Virus record (IMG/VR): IMGVR_UViG_3300023181_000033
Location: 1-58,782 of that record
Origin: a virus
Taxonomy: Duplodnaviria > Caudoviricetes
DNA length: 58,782 nt
Reading direction: 5' to 3' (one strand)
In this document: positions 55,708 to 58,782 of the stretch, one piece after another
Numbering within the stretch: position 1 is the stretch's first letter
Layout of the letters: every line of letters starts with the position of its first letter
Notes under the pieces: generated by a model
Database searches by the model: none
The model's input: the letters and a program-made list of their open reading frames with translations, nothing else
What the model was told of the DNA's origin: nothing
Program-made: the position numbers and the translations under genes

Positions 55708-55947
55708 CTAATCATCTATTTTAAGTGTAAATTTTTGTACATACCAAGATTCATACGCCCCAAATTTAGGTTTCCAGCCTTTCTTGTCGTCATAAATCCT
55801 ATCAAATTCTTTTTTTTCTTTTGCTTTATGAGCGTTCATAGCTTCGGTAGCCCCTTTTTTAGTTCTGTGGTAAGAAACGATGTAAGATGCTGACTCATAA
55901 TGCATAGGGTTATAATAGAACGCCCATAATTTAATTTCCTTTTCCAT
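55708..55947 (-). CDS. Moron hypothetical protein
   Basis: YESA...S.HRTKKGA..AM..HK; -7 box at 55951-55958. Confidence 0.65.
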   Translation of the reverse strand: MEKEIKLWAFYYNPMHYESASYIVSYHRTKKGATEAMNAHKAKEKKEFDRIYDDKKGWKPKFGAYESWYVQKFTLKIDD

Positions 55948-56040
55948 ACCCAAATATAAGCGATATACATTTCTCATTTTGTACTATTGTTGTTACAAAG
56001 CTATTTACCTATCTTTGGTAAACAACTTTAAATTAAAGCC

Positions 56041-56523
56041 ATGCCAGTATTTGACCCAATTTTAGGTACAGAGTTTATTATTGAGATAGACACTGAAACC
56101 CGAACAACTACTCCTACCGCAGTGAGGGGTGTAGACGCTAATTTCAGACCCGTAGTGTGTTTAGTCAGTAATGGCGTGGATGCTACTGCTGCCGATCAGG
56201 AAACGACTAATAAATGCTCTGGAGGCTTTAAAACTTCCCAGTCAGGTGTGAAGTCGTGGAACATCACCGGCAACGGACAGGCTATCTCAGCAGCTCAAGC
56301 GCCGGAAGCTGATTATGCGAACTTTAACGAGTTAATGGAGCTTTGGAAATCGGGTACAGCGTTTTTTGCGCGTATCACCAATACCGCTTCTACTCTATAT
56401 TACCGTGAAGGGTTAGTATATAACTCGTCTCAATCAGAAGGCCAGCCAAACCAAGAGGCGATTACTTTTGATATTACCCTAACCGGAATAGGCGAATTAT
56501 TCTTATCACCTCCAACCGTATAG
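56041..56523 (+). CDS. Major tail tube protein (unit B)
   Basis: Same length as and highly similar to 14635-15117. Confidence 0.88.
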   Translation: MPVFDPILGTEFIIEIDTETRTTTPTAVRGVDANFRPVVCLVSNGVDATAADQETTNKCSGGFKTSQSGVKSWNITGNGQAISAAQAPEADYANFNELMELWKSGTAFFARITNTASTLYYREGLVYNSSQSEGQPNQEAITFDITLTGIGELFLSPPTV

Positions 56524-56524
56524 T

Positions 56525-56887
56525 ATGAACGGAGTAGCAAAAGTTACCATTAAAGGCAAAGAATACCCGTTGAAATTTGGGGTACAGGCCATGCTCGTAT
56601 ACGAAGAAGAGGTTAACAAGAACCCATTAGCAGAAGGGGTGGCGGCTGGAATGGCTGCCACTTGTATTGTTCTGTATGCAGGGCTTATTGGAAATTCTAT
56701 CAGGAGTAGACAGCCAGTCATGCCGTTTGAAGAGGTATACGACTTAATGTACGACGGGCTGGCACTAGAGCCAGACTTCAATACTCAGGTCACCAGGATG
56801 TGGGGTGCTTTCAACGAAAGCATACAGCCAATAGTGAAGAGTAAAGAAGAAGGCGAAAGTGTCAAAAAAAAAGCCCCGAAGAAATAG
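56525..56887 (+). CDS. Tail assembly chaperone (unit B)
   Basis: Homologue of 15119-15502; A9G at 56864-56873. Confidence 0.82.
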   Translation: MNGVAKVTIKGKEYPLKFGVQAMLVYEEEVNKNPLAEGVAAGMAATCIVLYAGLIGNSIRSRQPVMPFEEVYDLMYDGLALEPDFNTQVTRMWGAFNESIQPIVKSKEEGESVKKKAPKK

Positions 56888-57234
56888 CCGCAAATAAGGC
56901 GACCAAAGAGGAGATACTATGTTTAGCTTTTGGTGAAATGGGGTTGATGCCTCATGAGCTGGAAGAATACACGGTTTCACAATTTGACGCTAAATGCCGG
57001 GGATTCGTCAGGGGTGCTGAAAAAATGGAGTCTATCGCAAGAAGGATGACTGGGTTTATTGTGGCCCCACATTTAGATAAAAAAGCAAAGTTCGATATTA
57101 CCAATGCTTGGCCTATACTGAGCGTTGATGAAAAAAATACATACCGAGCCCAGGCTGTCCAAAGTAAGGCTAAAATAGCTCAAATGATGGATAGGCTGGC
57201 ACAACAAAAGAAATCATGGCAGACGGTCAGTTAA
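56864..57234 (+). CDS. Tail chaperone extension via -1 frameshift (unit B)
   Basis: -1 frame open from A9G through ILCLAFGEMGLMPHE. Confidence 0.75.
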
Positions 57235-58782
57235 GCGTATCATTACAGGCGGATATAGCAGGGTTTGTTAGAAACATGCAATCTGCAGCTACTGTTGCTG
57301 ATCAGACAGGGACATCAGTAAGTAAGCTGTCCACTAATGTAAGTCAGAACATTGCCGCGATAAACAGCGTTAACCTTAAGCAGCTAAATGCGTCTCTAGA
57401 GCAAAGTTCTGCCCCGTTAAAAGCAATAGCCGCAGAGTCTGAAAAAGCAGCTACAGGCATTAGCGCTTTTGCATCAAATGGCGCTAAGTCGATTAGGAGC
57501 TTAGAGATTCAGCTACAATCTTATCAAAGGGTGTCTGCTGCCGCTACAGACCCTGCAATAATAGCGCAGTACAACAAGAAGATCTCAGAAACTCAGAGCG
57601 AAATACAAAAGCTTAATAATATAGGTAAGCGAGGATACGATGAAATAGGAAATAGGATAAAGGCTACCATAGGCCAGCAAGAAGTGCTTACTAGCAGGCT
57701 TAAGTACTTCCAGGACCAGTTAAACTACGCTAGGGCCCCACAATCTTTTGTCGCATTAAATCAAAAAATACAGGAAACAGAAAACCAGTTAAATAGGCTA
57801 TCTAACGCTGGGAAAAAGGGGTTTGACGATCTCGGCAATAAAATAAAAGAAGTAGACGGCAACTCTAGCAAATTTCTTACTACCCTGAAAGGAATAGGCG
57901 GTGCTATTGCCGCGGCCTTTAGTGGACAGGTCATTTTATCATTCATAAAAGACTCAAGAGAACTTGCTGCAAGGGGAGAGGGTATTAGGGATGCCTTCTC
58001 TAGGCTGGACGAAGGAAATACGTTACAGATACTAAGGGACGCTACAAGAGGGGCTACGTCTGACATTGAATTGATGTCTGCTGCTCTTAGGGCCAGAAAT
58101 TTCCAAATAGCCCCCGGATTGCTCGCTAAAGGGTTAGAGCTTGCGGGGAAAATATCAAGGCAAACGGGGCAAGACGTTACTTATCTTGCTGATAGTTTTG
58201 TAAATGGACTAGGAAGGAGGTCTTTACTTATACTCGACAACCTTCAAATATCTCAGGTTCAATTAAGGGCTGAGATTAAAAAAACAGGCGACTTTCAAAC
58301 TGCTGTTGGCAATTTAGTTACGCAGAAGCTTGCCTCTATTGGCGAGGTAGCTATAACAACGGCAGATAAAATGGCGCAGTTTGCTACTAGGATAGCTAAC
58401 ATAAAGGAGCTTGTAGGTCAAAAGATAAACTTTGTTCTTAATTATGATTCATTAAGGGACGCAAATAAGGAGTTTTATGATACTGGCCTGCAAGTTAGGT
58501 CTCTTCAGAATAATATTTTGCCGTTAATAGATAGGTACGATCAATTATTCAGAAAAGCTAGCGATTTAGGCGGCTTCACGAAGCTGGCTAAGGATGAGCA
58601 AAAGGAAATGAAGGACGCTATCAAGCAGGTGGCTGAAGTTATCCCAAGTGCAATTGATCAGTTTGACGGGTACGGTAATGCAATAGGCATAAATACAGAT
58701 AGGGCAAAAGACTTCATTAAACAACAGGTTTTAGTGCTACAGGCATTGAATGCCAAAAGAATAGATGAGACGACCAATAGTT
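57216..58782 (+). CDS. Tape measure protein (unit B), 3'-truncated by window end
   Basis: MADGQLSVSLQADIAGFVRNMQ start shared with 15828; frame appears open to the end. Confidence 0.88.
   Translation, partial: MADGQLSVSLQADIAGFVRNMQSAATVADQTGTSVSKLSTNVSQNIAAINSVNLKQLNASLEQSSAPLKAIAAESEKAATGISAFASNGAKSIRSLEIQLQSYQRVSAAATDPAIIAQYNKKISETQSEIQKLNNIGKRGYDEIGNRIKATIGQQEVLTSRLKYFQDQLNYARAPQSFVALNQKIQETENQLNRLSNAGKKGFDDLGNKIKEVDGNSSKFLTTLKGIGGAIAAAFSGQVILSFIKDSRELAARGEGIRDAFSRLDEGNTLQILRDATRGATSDIELMSAALRARNFQIAPGLLAKGLELAGKISRQTGQDVTYLADSFVNGLGRRSLLILDNLQISQVQLRAEIKKTGDFQTAVGNLVTQKLASIGEVAITTADKMAQFATRIANIKELVGQKINFVLNYDSLRDANKEFYDTGLQVRSLQNNILPLIDRYDQLFRKASDLGGFTKLAKDEQKEMKDAIKQVAEVIPSAIDQFDGYGNAIGINTDRAKDFIKQQVLVLQALNAKRIDETTNS

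Larger units (their letters stand above)
42023..58782. mobile_element. Phage unit B: second related packaging/head/tail module, truncated in tape measure gene
   Basis: Same gene order as 1016-18038; near-identical gpF, neck and tube genes; different terminases, protease and capsid. Confidence 0.85.

Noticed and set aside
1-58782. Stop-codon reassignment, tRNA genes or host chromosomal genes
   Set aside because: Long genes are intact under the standard code with TAA, TAG and TGA all used as stops; no cloverleaf or housekeeping gene recognised by eye.

Overview
A phage (siphovirus-like Caudoviricetes) sequence with a Bacteroidota host, inferred from many TAnnTTTG -7 promoter boxes. Bases 1-42022 read as one complete ~41.9 kb genome (unit A): TerS, TerL, portal, gpF, protease, HK97-fold capsid, SGNH head-region fibre, neck, tail tube, chaperones, tape measure, tail tip, tube paralogue, SGNH spike, lysis genes, then divergent early operons with YqaJ exonuclease, C5-MTase-like gene, initiator and DnaB-like helicase. 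Bases 1-99 recur exactly at 41924-42022. After that repeat a second, syntenic but different virion module (unit B, 42436-58782, cut off in the tape measure gene) begins. It has a different terminase pair, protease, capsid, fibre and morons, but near-identical gpF, neck and tail-tube genes. This is either one replicon or tandem carrying two virion modules, or, more likely, two related phages joined at a 99-nt repeat. The A/B comparison exposes conserved swap linkers, unannotated small ORFs, a conserved RNA hairpin before both capsid genes, an A9G frameshift site, a TGTWACA operator-like motif and probable leaderless transcripts. I saw no integrase, tRNA, CRISPR array or reverse transcriptase. 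All protein calls are by-eye motif and synteny recognition, not database searches.
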